The notes below the pieces were generated by a model. The model searched no databases. It saw nothing but the letters and a program-made list of their open reading frames with translations, and was not told the origin of the DNA. This document shows, piece after piece, positions 28,845 through 38,917 of a stretch of 64,000 nucleotides of DNA (the first letter of the stretch is position 1; the number at the start of each line of letters is the position of its first letter). Source of the stretch: Clostridium thermobutyricum (GTDB lineage: Bacteria > Bacillota > Clostridia > Ch29); contig JAENYD010000013.1 in the NCBI GenBank assembly GCA_016842005.1, positions 5,490 through 69,489 of the forward strand, read 5' to 3'. The position numbers were made by a program, and so were the translations under genes.

Positions 28845-30242
28845 TTACACCGGATGGGTCTTGTCCTGGTGATTGACCATAGTTCCATCAATTTTGTACT
28901 TCTGGGCCTGCCTGTATTCAAAATACTTGAGGGCGACCTGGGGAAACAGTGCGTAGGTAAGGACATCCTCTTCCTGTTCCAGGTATTCTTTCATCTCATT
29001 TCTCAGGCTCTCCAGCTGAGGAGGGATATCGTCAGCCGGACGATGGTCTATTATTTCCTCATCCCCGATGATCTTTTCCTTTATCTCCCGGGATATGGGA
29101 ACGGTAGGTCTGCCGTAAAGCCCCTTCACATAATTCTTGACTTCCACGGGTATCATCTTATACCTTTCACCCGTCAGGACATTCATAACCGCCTGGGTAC
29201 CTACAATCTGACTGGTTGGCGTAACCAGCGGCGGATAACCCAGGTCTTTTCTCACGTTGGGTATTTCTTTGAGCACTTCATCATATTTGTCAAGGGCATT
29301 CTGCATTGTCAGCTGTGAAACCAGATTGGACAGCATACCTCCCGGAACCTGATATATGAGGGTGTTTATATCCACCGAAAGCACTTTTGGACTAAGGGTT
29401 CCACTGGCAATATACTTTTCCTTGATGGGCTTGAAATATTCCGCAATTTCATTCAACCTGTTCAGGTCAAGTTCTGTATCGTAAGGAGTATCCTTAAGGG
29501 TAGCAACCAGCGGTTCTGTAGGCGGTTGCGCAGTCCCCGAACCAAAGGGTGAAAGGGCGGTATCAACAATATCCACTCCCGCTTCAACAGCCTTTAAATA
29601 GGTCATAGGAGCAAGACCGCTGGTACAGTGGGAATGAAGCTGTATCGGCACCTTTACGGTTTCTTTGAGGGCCTTGACCAGTTCATATGCATAATAAGGG
29701 GTTAAAAGCCCTGACATATCTTTAATGCATATGGAGTCGGCACCCATGTCCTCCATCTCTCTGGCCAACTTAACATAAGTCTCCGTGGTATGTACAGGGC
29801 TTATGGTGTAGCTTATGGCTGCCTGGGCATGGGCTCCTTCGCCGATAGTAACCTTCATGGCCTTTTGCAGGTTTCTCACATCATTAAGGGCATCGAAAAT
29901 CCTGACTATGTCGATACCATTGTATATAGCCCTTTTTACAAATTCCTCCACAACATCATCGGCATAATGCTTGTATCCCAGTATATTCTGGCCTCTCAGC
30001 AGCATCTGCAGGGATGTGTTTTTCATTTTGTCCTTGATTTTCCTCAATCTCTCCCAGGGGTCCTCGTCCAGAAATCTCAAACTAGCATCAAAAGTGGCCC
30101 CACCCCACATTTCTACCGAGTGAAAACCCACTTTGTCAATCTTTTCCGCTATGGGCAGCATCTCATCTGTGCTCATCCTTGTAGCTATGAGAGATTGGTG
30201 TGCATCTCTGAAAATGGTTTCTGTAACTTTTACTCTGGGCAT
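28845..30242 (-). CDS. oadA: Oxaloacetate decarboxylase alpha / pyruvate carboxylase B carboxyltransferase (no biotin domain)
   Basis: RDAHQSL.ATR, EMWGGATFD, IKDMSG, HSHCTSG, QVPGGM, PPLVTPTSQIVG. Confidence 0.88.
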   Translation of the reverse strand: MPRVKVTETIFRDAHQSLIATRMSTDEMLPIAEKIDKVGFHSVEMWGGATFDASLRFLDEDPWERLRKIKDKMKNTSLQMLLRGQNILGYKHYADDVVEEFVKRAIYNGIDIVRIFDALNDVRNLQKAMKVTIGEGAHAQAAISYTISPVHTTETYVKLAREMEDMGADSICIKDMSGLLTPYYAYELVKALKETVKVPIQLHSHCTSGLAPMTYLKAVEAGVDIVDTALSPFGSGTAQPPTEPLVATLKDTPYDTELDLNRLNEIAEYFKPIKEKYIASGTLSPKVLSVDINTLIYQVPGGMLSNLVSQLTMQNALDKYDEVLKEIPNVRKDLGYPPLVTPTSQIVGTQAVMNVLTGERYKMIPVEVKNYVKGLYGRPTVPISREIKEKIIGDEEIIDHRPADDIPPQLESLRNEMKEYLEQEEDVLTYALFPQVALKYFEYRQAQKYKIDGTMVNHQDKTHPV

Positions 30243-30342
30243 TTACCTCAACTACCTCCTCGTATTGATTTTGCCCCCCACTCTTAATGCATTTATCCTT
30301 TATTATACCACAATATTTCCGGCTGTTAAATAAAATGAAAAT

Positions 30343-31047
30343 TCATTCTATTCCCTTTGCCAGTTCTACGGTTTTACGCGCCAGAACATCGGTGGAGGAA
30401 ACATAATCAATACCCCGTGGCAAGTCCTTCTGGATAAGGGGCAGCTCGGTACAGCCAAGGATAATGACCGGAACCCCTCTCTCTTTCATTTGGTTTACAA
30501 CTGTACAAAGTTCTCTGATATCAATCTTGCTCAGGCCTTCTTTTATCCCGTATACCGCATCGTATACAATTTTTTTCTCCTTTTCACCGGGCACAACCAT
30601 GTTTATACCGTATTTATACAGCATCCTTTCATATACCCTGCCCTCATATGTGCCTGGCGTTGCGAGCAGACAGGCTGTTGTTCCCGAGCCGTATCTGGAC
30701 TTTATCTCAATGGCCACCTCTTCAATCATGTTAACAAAGGGTATATCAATATATTTTATTATCTCATCATAAAAAAAATGGGCTGTATTACAGGGCATAA
30801 CCAGAAAATCCGCACCCATCAGCTGCAGCCTGACAGCTGCCGATACCAGGACCTTTTGAAGGTTATTCTCTTTTCCCAGTATACAAGCGGTTCTATCAGG
30901 AGTTTTGGGGTTATTATCGATAATCAGGTGTATATGGTCCTGGTCCCCTTTTACAGGGGTCATATCAATCACCTTCTGAAAAAAATCCACCGTAGCCTGT
31001 GGTCCCATGCCTCCCAGTACGCCAACAACTTTGTCCACATTTTTCAC
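30343..31047 (-). CDS. Aspartate/amino-acid racemase
   Basis: GVLGGMGP, PDRT, MPCNTAH, LGCTELP (two catalytic Cys). Confidence 0.9.
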   Translation of the reverse strand: MKNVDKVVGVLGGMGPQATVDFFQKVIDMTPVKGDQDHIHLIIDNNPKTPDRTACILGKENNLQKVLVSAAVRLQLMGADFLVMPCNTAHFFYDEIIKYIDIPFVNMIEEVAIEIKSRYGSGTTACLLATPGTYEGRVYERMLYKYGINMVVPGEKEKKIVYDAVYGIKEGLSKIDIRELCTVVNQMKERGVPVIILGCTELPLIQKDLPRGIDYVSSTDVLARKTVELAKGIE

Positions 31048-31099
31048 CTACCGTATCCTGTTATATTTGACAACTTCAAAGCATATTGAAAAACTAACA

Positions 31100-31126
31100 A
31101 AATAGCCCGATGAAATCGGGCTATTT
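31100..31126. terminator. Hairpin/terminator between gltP and the racemase
   Basis: AAATAGCCCGAT-GAA-ATCGGGCTATTT. Confidence 0.65.
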
Positions 31127-31152
31127 ATTGTCAGCTTTCCAACAGATTTCGG

Positions 31153-32388
31153 TTATGCCTCTGCAGTTTTCCCGGCTTCTTCGGGTATATGCAGCTCATT
31201 TTCGGTTGCAGCAATAACTACGGCAGCCGAAGCGTCACCCGTTACGTTAATAGCGGTCCTCGCCATATCCAGTACCCTGTCAATACCGGCTATAAGGGCT
31301 GCCCCTTCAAGTGGCAGTCCTACAGACTGCAGTACCATAGTCAGCATTATGAATCCTGCGCCGGGCACCCCTGCCGTACCTATTGAAGCCAGAGTGGCTG
31401 TCAGGACAATTGTCGCCTGCTGGGCAATGGTCAGATCCAGCCCGTAAACCTGGGCTACAAACAGGGCGCACACTCCTTGATAGAGAGCCGTTCCGTCCAT
31501 GTTTATTGTTGCTCCCAGAGGCAATACGAAGCTGGAAACGCTTTCGGATACACCAAGATTATCCCTGACACTCTTGATGGTTACCGGCAGCGTACCCGAA
31601 CTGCTGCAGGTGCTGAAAGCAACGGTTGTAGCCGGCGCAGCCCCTTTGAAGAATTTCAGGGGACTCATTCTGGCAATGCCCTTTACCAGAGAAGAGTAAG
31701 TAATAGCTGCATGCAGTATGCAACCTATGTATACTGCAGCAATAACCTTGGCCAGAGGCAACAGCACCGACGGACCATTTACTGCCACAACAGGAACTAT
31801 CAGCGCAAACACGCCGATGGGCGCATAGGACATCACTATTGCAGTAATTTTGTACATTACTTCCGCCATGCTCTCAAAGAAGCCCAGGAAAGGTTTGCCC
31901 TTGTCTCCCACAAGGGTTATTCCTATCCCGAGGAACAGCGCAAAGGCGATTATCTGCAGCATTCTACCGTTGACCAGTGCAACCAGCGGATTGGTTGGTA
32001 TGACGTTCAAAAGGGTATCCACAAGGCTGGGGGCCTGGCCGGCTTCCACAGTGGCATCCACAGGTATGCTGAGGCCCGAGCCGGGAACTATGAGATTACC
32101 GAGAATAAGTCCGATTGTTACTGCCACGGCAGTGGTAGCCAGATAATAGACAATCGTTTTTCCGCCGATTCTGCCAAGCTTGCGTACATCACCCGTGCTG
32201 GCGGCACCTACTACCAGGGAAGACAGTACCAGTGGAACAATGATCATCTTGATCATGTTAATGAATAAAGTACCGAAAGGCTTGATATAAGTGTTGGCAG
32301 CATCTGCTGCCCCCTGCATTAACAGACCTACTACAATACCCGCAACAAGTCCTATAAGGATTTTGGTGGTCAGTTTCACGCTCTTCAT
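31153..32388 (-). CDS. gltP: Dicarboxylate/amino acid:cation symporter (GltP/GltT)
   Basis: FSTCSSSGTLP, PLGATINMDG, IDRVLDMARTAINV. Confidence 0.9.
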   Translation of the reverse strand: MKSVKLTTKILIGLVAGIVVGLLMQGAADAANTYIKPFGTLFINMIKMIIVPLVLSSLVVGAASTGDVRKLGRIGGKTIVYYLATTAVAVTIGLILGNLIVPGSGLSIPVDATVEAGQAPSLVDTLLNVIPTNPLVALVNGRMLQIIAFALFLGIGITLVGDKGKPFLGFFESMAEVMYKITAIVMSYAPIGVFALIVPVVAVNGPSVLLPLAKVIAAVYIGCILHAAITYSSLVKGIARMSPLKFFKGAAPATTVAFSTCSSSGTLPVTIKSVRDNLGVSESVSSFVLPLGATINMDGTALYQGVCALFVAQVYGLDLTIAQQATIVLTATLASIGTAGVPGAGFIMLTMVLQSVGLPLEGAALIAGIDRVLDMARTAINVTGDASAAVVIAATENELHIPEEAGKTAEA

Positions 32389-32508
32389 TAATCCATATCC
32401 CCCTCTCTTAATAATTTATATGACAGTTTGCAGGAAAATAAACCTCCCCTTCAATTTTAAACCAGTTTTATATGTATCTGAAGGATCTGATTATGTAGGA
32501 AATGGTAT

Positions 32509-33084
32509 TTAACAGTAGTATCCGCTGCTCTTTTTCTCAATAACCATTAGAATCGGAGGATTGTTTTTCTGATTTACAGCTTCTATGGATATGCATCTGA
32601 AAAAAGATGGATTCAGACTTGCAATGTAATTTAGAAGGAGGTCCTTTTCTCCCATTCCTCCCCGGTGACCGCAGTAAGCAACAATAGTAACAATCCCGCC
32701 GGGGACAAGGAGCATGATCGACTTTTCCACCGCTTTAAGAGTTGTATCGGGCCGGGTGACAATGCTGTGATCTCCTCCGGGCAGATAACCCAGGTTGAAC
32801 ATTACCGCCCTGATGGGTTTATCAACATATATGTCCATATTTTGGTGCCCGTCACATATAAGTTTGACCCTGTCCTGGAACCCATGCTTTTGGAGCTTGC
32901 CCCGGGCCGAATCCAGGGCTGCCCGCTGGATGTCAAATCCGTACACCAGCCCGTCATCTCCGACCAGGTCGGCAAGAAAAACAGTATCTGCACCGTTTCC
33001 CACCGTACCGTCGACAACAATGTCTCCGGGAACCACGGTTTCCCTTATTATGCTTTTTGCCAGTTTCACAGCACTTAGTATCAT
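32509..33084 (-). CDS. mnmM: Class I SAM-dependent methyltransferase, YtqB/MnmM-like
   Basis: VDGTVGNGADT, GFDIQ, MFNLGYLPGGD, N.PP tail. Confidence 0.8.
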   Translation of the reverse strand: MILSAVKLAKSIIRETVVPGDIVVDGTVGNGADTVFLADLVGDDGLVYGFDIQRAALDSARGKLQKHGFQDRVKLICDGHQNMDIYVDKPIRAVMFNLGYLPGGDHSIVTRPDTTLKAVEKSIMLLVPGGIVTIVAYCGHRGGMGEKDLLLNYIASLNPSFFRCISIEAVNQKNNPPILMVIEKKSSGYYC

Positions 33085-33184
33085 AGATTATTCACCCCAT
33101 ACCCAGCTTAAATCATATGTCTGTTTCCGGTTCAAAGATGTTTCGGGCTGTCTCAGGGATGATGTCTCCTGTACAGGACGACGG

Positions 33185-34039
33185 TTAAACAAAAGTCAGC
33201 AGTGCCTCTCTTATGATCTTGGCAGCAAGTACACCGGTAATACCTGCCGGGTCTCCGTAAGGCATTACTTCAACAAGGTCGAAACCTATAACATTGCAGT
33301 CTCTGAGCATATGTACCGCCTCAATTATCTCATTTGAAGTACATCCCCCCGGCTCCGGAGTACCGGTTCCGGGCGCATAAGCAGGGTCCACCACGTCTAT
33401 ATCCATAGTAACGTATATAGATCTCCCCTTTATATTGTCCAGTATCTTACTCAGAGGACCCAGAATCTCAAAGGGATAAAAATGCGTGTTGCTGCTCCCC
33501 CATTCAAACTCTTCCCTTGTACCCGAACGGATACCAAACTGATATATATTTCCCGGGGGCATATATCCGGCGCACTGCCTTATTACTGTGGCGTGGGACA
33601 GGGATTCTCCATTATACTCTTCCCTCAAATCGGCATGGGCATCAAAATGGAGCAGCACCAGGTCATTTCCATGTTTATCCACGGCAGCCCTGACAACAGG
33701 CAGGCTGATCAAGTGCTCCCCTCCGATAAAAACAGGAAACCGGTCATCACCCATCACCTTTTTCGCCATCTTATATATTGTACCAAGAGATTTTTCAGGG
33801 TTCCCAAAAGTCATTTCCAGATCGCCATAGTCAAACAGCGATATATCCGCAAGGTCTTGTCGCAGATATGGACTGTAGCTTTCCAGCACCCATGACATTT
33901 CCCTTATAAACCCGGGGCCGAAACGGGACCCCGGCCGAAAGCTGACCGTGAAATCCATGGGAACCCCTATCATTACAGCGCGAGCTCTGGAATAGTCGCC
34001 ATGGCTTTCCAGAAAACAGTTGTGTATTCCTTTCTCCAT
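33185..34039 (-). CDS. speB: Agmatinase
   Basis: GGEH, DAHADLR, SHAT, DIDVVDP.YAPGTGTPEPGG. Confidence 0.92.
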   Translation of the reverse strand: MEKGIHNCFLESHGDYSRARAVMIGVPMDFTVSFRPGSRFGPGFIREMSWVLESYSPYLRQDLADISLFDYGDLEMTFGNPEKSLGTIYKMAKKVMGDDRFPVFIGGEHLISLPVVRAAVDKHGNDLVLLHFDAHADLREEYNGESLSHATVIRQCAGYMPPGNIYQFGIRSGTREEFEWGSSNTHFYPFEILGPLSKILDNIKGRSIYVTMDIDVVDPAYAPGTGTPEPGGCTSNEIIEAVHMLRDCNVIGFDLVEVMPYGDPAGITGVLAAKIIREALLTFV

Positions 34040-34046
34040 CCCGGAC

Positions 34047-34880
34047 TTACTCCTGCCCTATTATTTTCTTTACAAATTCAGGAAGAGAAAAACAGGCATA
34101 ATGTATCTGATCATTGTAGTATCTTGTGTCCAGCTTTTGTATCCTGTCCCGGGGAACTTTCAGCGGGTCATATTTCTTTGACCCCATGGTAAAACTCCAT
34201 AAACCGCTGGGATATGTGGGAACCGAATACAAATAGAGCTTTGTTATCGGAAAAACAGAGCTTATTTCACTGAACACCTGTGAAATCAGAAGCTTGTTAT
34301 AGAAAGGCGATTCTGTCTGGGCCACAAAAAGACCGTCTTCCTTCAGAGCTTCAAAAATGTTCCGGTAAAAATCCCCGGTAAACAGCCCTACTGCCGGTCC
34401 TACCGGGTCGGTAGAATCCACCATTATAACATCGAACTCATCTTTATGTTCTTTGATAAACTTTATACCGTCTTCAATCAGCACCTCTGCCCTTTCGTCA
34501 TCCAGAGCGCAGCTGATTTCAGGGAGATATTCCCTGGATACCTCTACAACTCTACCGTCGATTTCCACCAGGTAGGCCTTTTCAATGCCCGGATGCTTAA
34601 GGGCCTCTCTTATGGCACCGCCGTCCCCTCCCCCTATAACTGCTACTTTTTTCGGGTCAGGATGCGTAAAAAGAGGTACATGGGTTATCATTTCGTGGTA
34701 GATAAACTCATCCTCAATGGTTGTCTGGATTGCATGGTCCAGAACCAGCATCCTTCCGAACTGCTTGGTCTCAAGTAAGCTGATTTCCTGAAACTCGCTT
34801 TTTTCGACATGGTGGGTTTTGATTACCTTACATGTTATAGCCATGTCCTGGGTCTGTCTTTCAGTGAACCATAATTCCAT
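34047..34880 (-). CDS. speE: Spermidine synthase (polyamine aminopropyltransferase)
   Basis: [35 protein letters not shown]. Confidence 0.95.
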   Translation of the reverse strand: MELWFTERQTQDMAITCKVIKTHHVEKSEFQEISLLETKQFGRMLVLDHAIQTTIEDEFIYHEMITHVPLFTHPDPKKVAVIGGGDGGAIREALKHPGIEKAYLVEIDGRVVEVSREYLPEISCALDDERAEVLIEDGIKFIKEHKDEFDVIMVDSTDPVGPAVGLFTGDFYRNIFEALKEDGLFVAQTESPFYNKLLISQVFSEISSVFPITKLYLYSVPTYPSGLWSFTMGSKKYDPLKVPRDRIQKLDTRYYNDQIHYACFSLPEFVKKIIGQE

Positions 34881-34931
34881 TTTTCTCACTCCCTCATGTA
34901 AAATATCACATTTTATAATATTTTATAGATG

Positions 34932-35333
34932 TTATTCATCTCCTTTACAACCGGAACAGCTGTCAAAGTATCCTTTCATATCGACAACCAGCAATCCGGG
35001 TTTTTTATCCGATGGATGAAACCCCAGTTTTTCGAAAAACAGCCGGAGTTCTTCCCTGTCTTCAACCCAGGCCCATCTAATCCCTCTTCGTTCCGCCACA
35101 TTCAGGATACTCTTTACAAGGGCATAGCCTATACCCTGCCCTCTCACGTCTTTGTCCACATATATGGAATTGATATCTACCCCATCGGGTATTATTTCCA
35201 GACTGCATGCCCCAACAAGCCTGTCTCCTTCCATAGCAACCATAACCAGGTCCTCTCTGCCTTCTTTTAATTTACCCTGCTGGAGATAACCTTTATAATC
35301 ATCTCCCGGTTTTGCCTTTCTGAAGTATAACAT
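34932..35333 (-). CDS. GNAT-family acetyltransferase-like protein
   Basis: VDKDVRGQGIG acetyl-CoA motif, FFEKLGF; C-terminal CSGC. Confidence 0.75.
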   Translation of the reverse strand: MLYFRKAKPGDDYKGYLQQGKLKEGREDLVMVAMEGDRLVGACSLEIIPDGVDINSIYVDKDVRGQGIGYALVKSILNVAERRGIRWAWVEDREELRLFFEKLGFHPSDKKPGLLVVDMKGYFDSCSGCKGDE

Positions 35334-35543
35334 GACAACCTCCCCGGCAAATTATTTCCTTAATATATTGCAGAACAAGCTGGATATCGTATATACTATT
35401 ATCCAGTGGCTGACCCTACCTGGTGCTTCCGCTTCCTCAGCCATAATATAAATTTATCCATAGCAGCTATATTTTATCACTAAAAAACCTTAAATACAAT
35501 AAAGGAAAATTCCATTTATTAAGGCTGTATTGAATATACAGCC

Positions 35544-36251
35544 TTAATGACAAAGCTTTTTAATCTCTTCCTCAGTCAGGTATCTCCATTTCCCCCTGCC
35601 GAGTTTGCCGAGTTTCAGACTGCCAATGGCAACCCTATCCAGCTTCAGGACAGGGCAGCCGATGGCTTCGCACATTTTTCTCACCTGCCGGTTTCTTCCT
35701 TCGTGAATGGTTATTCTGATAAGGGCCTGATTTTGTCTTTTTTCCATTAAAACCACATTAGCAGGAGAAGTAATATAATCTTCAACGGGTATTCCCCTTC
35801 GAAGCCTGTCCAGGTCTTCTTCCCCCGGCAGTCCCATCACAAGGGCAAGGTAAACCTTGTCAATCTGATGGCTCGGGTGAGTCATTCTATGAGTAAACTC
35901 ACCGTCATTTGTGAGGATAATCAGGCCCCCGGTATCGTAGTCCAGTCTCCCCACAGGATATATCCTTTCCTCTACTCCCTTGACCAGGTCCAGTACTGTA
36001 GGTCTGCCATACTGGTCATCGGCAGTTGACACATAACCCACGGGTTTATTGAGCATCACGTATACCCTTTTTCTTTCTTCATTGACAGGTCTTCCGTCAA
36101 CCTCTACCCTGTCAATCTGAGGGTCAATTTTTATCCCCTGCTCCCTGACAATCTCACCATTAACCCGTACCCGGCCCTGGGCGATAATTTCCTCACATTT
36201 CCGCCGGGAGGCCACGCCGCACTGCGCCATGTATTTATGGAGCCTTTCCAT
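35544..36251 (-). CDS. rluB: rRNA pseudouridine synthase (RluB/RsuA family)
   Basis: S4 domain (ASRRKCEE), NKPVG, PVGRLD, EGRNRQVRKM. Confidence 0.92.
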   Translation of the reverse strand: MERLHKYMAQCGVASRRKCEEIIAQGRVRVNGEIVREQGIKIDPQIDRVEVDGRPVNEERKRVYVMLNKPVGYVSTADDQYGRPTVLDLVKGVEERIYPVGRLDYDTGGLIILTNDGEFTHRMTHPSHQIDKVYLALVMGLPGEEDLDRLRRGIPVEDYITSPANVVLMEKRQNQALIRITIHEGRNRQVRKMCEAIGCPVLKLDRVAIGSLKLGKLGRGKWRYLTEEEIKKLCH

Positions 36252-36277
36252 AGCACTCCTCCTTATCTCTGGTTATA

Positions 36278-37558
36278 TTATACCAGTTTTTCATTGAATA
36301 TATCGATAAGGTCCATTCTTTCCACCCTTCGCCGGATTTCCTGGTTCTCTATTGTATACATGTTTCTTTCCTTCATCCTCTCAAAATATTCAGCTCCTGC
36401 AAAGGTATATCTTTTCTTCAAACCATCGCTGTGGTTTATCCTTTCGTTTGCATATGCTATAATATCACCGATCACCAGATTCCTGGGCAGTTCCAGCAGG
36501 GGCATTCCCAGTACCAGCCTGACACTGTTATGCCCGGCCAGACTTCCCGTGACTATTGCTTCGGTATGGCCGACAAACAGCCCCGATTTCTCCCCGGCAC
36601 AAAGGAGATTTTCCAGGTTATTCACCTTCATGGCATTATTTCTGGGGGCAATGGACAGATATCTTATAGAATTTCCCTTCCCTCCGGAATAGGGGTCTTC
36701 ATATCTTGCGTTCTCCAGCCCTTCTATCCTCCTCAATTTGTCAAGGGGATAAAAGGGTGTCATGAGTTTGGCATGTCCGGTATCGAGAAGGATAATGTTT
36801 TCGGCAAACTCCTTCAATGCATACTGTTGGCATACCTTTAATGAAAGTTTTTCAATCTTTATGTCTTCTTCCGGAATCTTGAGTATCACAACCCCTTCCC
36901 GGTTCAGTTTCTCCCGTATATCGTCACTCAGAGAATCCTTGTTCAATTTGCAGGAACCGCTAAAGGCCCCGTAGCATCCGTCCTCCCTCTGCCCGAGTAT
37001 GTCCTCTATTCCGGCCCTCTGACTTATACTGGTCCTGGGCCCGAAGGAGGGACATCGCAGTATGCACATGGCACATCCGTTCCCGTACTTCAAACAGTTC
37101 CCCATTGGACCGGTTGAACCGGTAGTTTCAATAAACACATCACCTTCTAATATTGTATCGTCCGCCATTAATATTCCGGTTATGGTGCTTCCCCGCTTTT
37201 CCACGTCTATAGCCCTGGCCTGCAACTGTATCTCCACGCCCATCTCCATCAGGAGCTGCCTGACCATTGGTTCCACTCTTGTAACATCATACAGGCTGGC
37301 ATGTTTATGCCCGGGAAAATCAATCATCCTGTGACGGGCTGCCTTATCGGTTATCCGGAAAAGTTTTCCTGCTCCAAGATTTATTGCTTCCTCCGCCGCA
37401 GTATATCTTCCGTTATTTCTCATTATACCGCCCACATTCCCGAGACCTAAAAGCATGTCAGTTTTTTCAAGGATTGTCACCCTGGCCCCCGCCTGTCGCG
37501 CAGATACTGCAGCGGCACATCCTGCCCATCCTCCGCCGATTATTACTATCCTAACCAT
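36278..37558 (-). CDS. FAD-dependent oxidoreductase, GidA/TrmFO-like fold with Cys cluster
   Basis: IGGGWAGC Rossmann motif, GNCLKYGNGCAMCILRCP, AGEKSG..VGHTEA; AAGGAGG RBS before 37558. Confidence 0.75.
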   Translation of the reverse strand: MVRIVIIGGGWAGCAAAVSARQAGARVTILEKTDMLLGLGNVGGIMRNNGRYTAAEEAINLGAGKLFRITDKAARHRMIDFPGHKHASLYDVTRVEPMVRQLLMEMGVEIQLQARAIDVEKRGSTITGILMADDTILEGDVFIETTGSTGPMGNCLKYGNGCAMCILRCPSFGPRTSISQRAGIEDILGQREDGCYGAFSGSCKLNKDSLSDDIREKLNREGVVILKIPEEDIKIEKLSLKVCQQYALKEFAENIILLDTGHAKLMTPFYPLDKLRRIEGLENARYEDPYSGGKGNSIRYLSIAPRNNAMKVNNLENLLCAGEKSGLFVGHTEAIVTGSLAGHNSVRLVLGMPLLELPRNLVIGDIIAYANERINHSDGLKKRYTFAGAEYFERMKERNMYTIENQEIRRRVERMDLIDIFNEKLV

Positions 37559-38522
37559 TAAGTATCCTCCTTTCAATCGCTTTCCTCACATCCAGCTGCA
37601 CCTTGCACGCTTTGACCTTTACACCGCTTTCTATCCGGGTGGAACAGCTACCGCATATACCTTCACCACAGCAAATCTGACTGTTGTTTGTCACTACCAG
37701 AAAAGGATTGCCCCTGCTATTATCTATCTCCCTGAGTATATAAAGGTGCTGCTTATCCGACCCGCCGCTGAAAATCAGGTCATAGTCCTCATACTTCAGA
37801 TATTTATTTATTACTGTCAGTCCCTGTTTTGAAATGATATCAAGTTCTTCAATCTCACAGCAGGTTTCCCCTATATAGTCTTTTATAAATACTGCCCCGA
37901 CTTTCCCCGGGTCTGCCAGGATTTTAACCCTGTTATTGTGCTTATGCAGAGTTCTCACAACTTGAGCGGCGGGTGCCTGGCCTATACCCCTGGCTATAAC
38001 CAGACAGTTGCCTCCTTTAATACATTTCAAATACCGCTGTCCCAAAATGCCGTTCCAATAAGGACCGCGAACAATAATTCTATCGTTTATATCCTGCAGG
38101 GCTTTGGTCTTGGCTCCTGCCACCTGCATTGCCACATCTATTTCATTCTTTACCGTATTCACCGTCATAACCGACATGGGAACATCAAAAAAACCGGGTC
38201 TTTCTTTACCTCTCAGAAAAACATAGGCTCCAGGGTTATCCAGTTCTCTTGACATTGTCCTGGTCACCTTTAGTTTTATTACAAATGTATCAGGAGAAAT
38301 CTCCTTCTTATCCACCAGTTCAGCTTCATAACTTCCCCTTGTCCCCCTGCTCCTGTATCCTGCCCAGGCATATTCCTGAAAAATACAGACACCCCTCCAA
38401 TTGCAGTCACAAAACTGTTTCCCCTGTAAATGGGAACAGGTTATACATTCACCGGTTTCTGCCAGAAAACAGGGACAGTACTCGCTTCCTGCATCTACGC
38501 ATTCCAGTTTTCTTTTAGCCAC
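37551..38522 (-). CDS. PyrK/NfnA-like FAD/NAD-binding Fe-S protein with Cys-rich N-terminus
   Basis: CVDAGSEYCPC...CITCS...CDCNWRGVC; RGPY, ARGIGQAP; C-terminal CCGEGICGSC...C [2Fe-2S] motif. Confidence 0.8.
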   Translation of the reverse strand: MAKRKLECVDAGSEYCPCFLAETGECITCSHLQGKQFCDCNWRGVCIFQEYAWAGYRSRGTRGSYEAELVDKKEISPDTFVIKLKVTRTMSRELDNPGAYVFLRGKERPGFFDVPMSVMTVNTVKNEIDVAMQVAGAKTKALQDINDRIIVRGPYWNGILGQRYLKCIKGGNCLVIARGIGQAPAAQVVRTLHKHNNRVKILADPGKVGAVFIKDYIGETCCEIEELDIISKQGLTVINKYLKYEDYDLIFSGGSDKQHLYILREIDNSRGNPFLVVTNNSQICCGEGICGSCSTRIESGVKVKACKVQLDVRKAIERRILNG

Positions 38523-38608
38523 TATATCACCCCCATACTGTGGAGCTCGCTGATGATTGTATGATCGCCCCACAATATCAGGTTATTTTATAGAATATTT
38601 TTTGTTAC

Positions 38609-38647
38609 AAAAAAAAAAGCAGTTACACCATTACTCCGGCGCAACCG
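38609..38647 (-). terminator. Intrinsic terminator (probably of the dacB transcript)
   Basis: Minus strand CGGTTGCGCC-GGAGTAAT-GGTGTAACTG-C-T10, with G-U pairs consistent with the minus strand. Confidence 0.7.
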
Positions 38648-38706
38648 TACGTATCCCTCCCGTTTCAATTGTAAGCCAACGGACGCTATATAATCTTTCT
38701 TATAAA

Positions 38707-38917
38707 ATCGCTATTTGTTCGAATGAGGTCTTACCCCTCCCGAAGCGACTTTGCTTTAAGGCGGGCGTATATTTGCCTGAAGTAAAATGCGATAAGAGAT
38801 TTTCGATACCAAAGAGAAATACATCCTGCCCTTTAAAATCTCAGCATTTTACGAAGGTAAATAGCCCGGTAAGCAGGAGCGAGGGACGTGGTAAGACCAG
38901 GACTATTTATTAGCGAT
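38707..38917 (+). ncRNA. Candidate ~210-nt rod-shaped structured RNA
   Basis: Eight nested helices (see findings); G-U pairs and purine-rich internal loops favour the plus strand; TATAAT at 38689-38694. Confidence 0.55.

Noticed and set aside
35407-35443. TGGCTGA/TCAGCCA hairpin with GGAAGC repeats suggestive of SRP RNA or a micro-ORF
   Set aside because: It lacks the SRP helix-8 context (CAGGUCCGGAAGGAAGCAGC), inner pairing is weak, and the 30-codon ORF has no RBS.
38557-38913. 118-aa plus-strand ORF over the rod-shaped RNA candidate
   Set aside because: TTG start without RBS and no recognisable protein features; the extensive base-pairing explains the region better.
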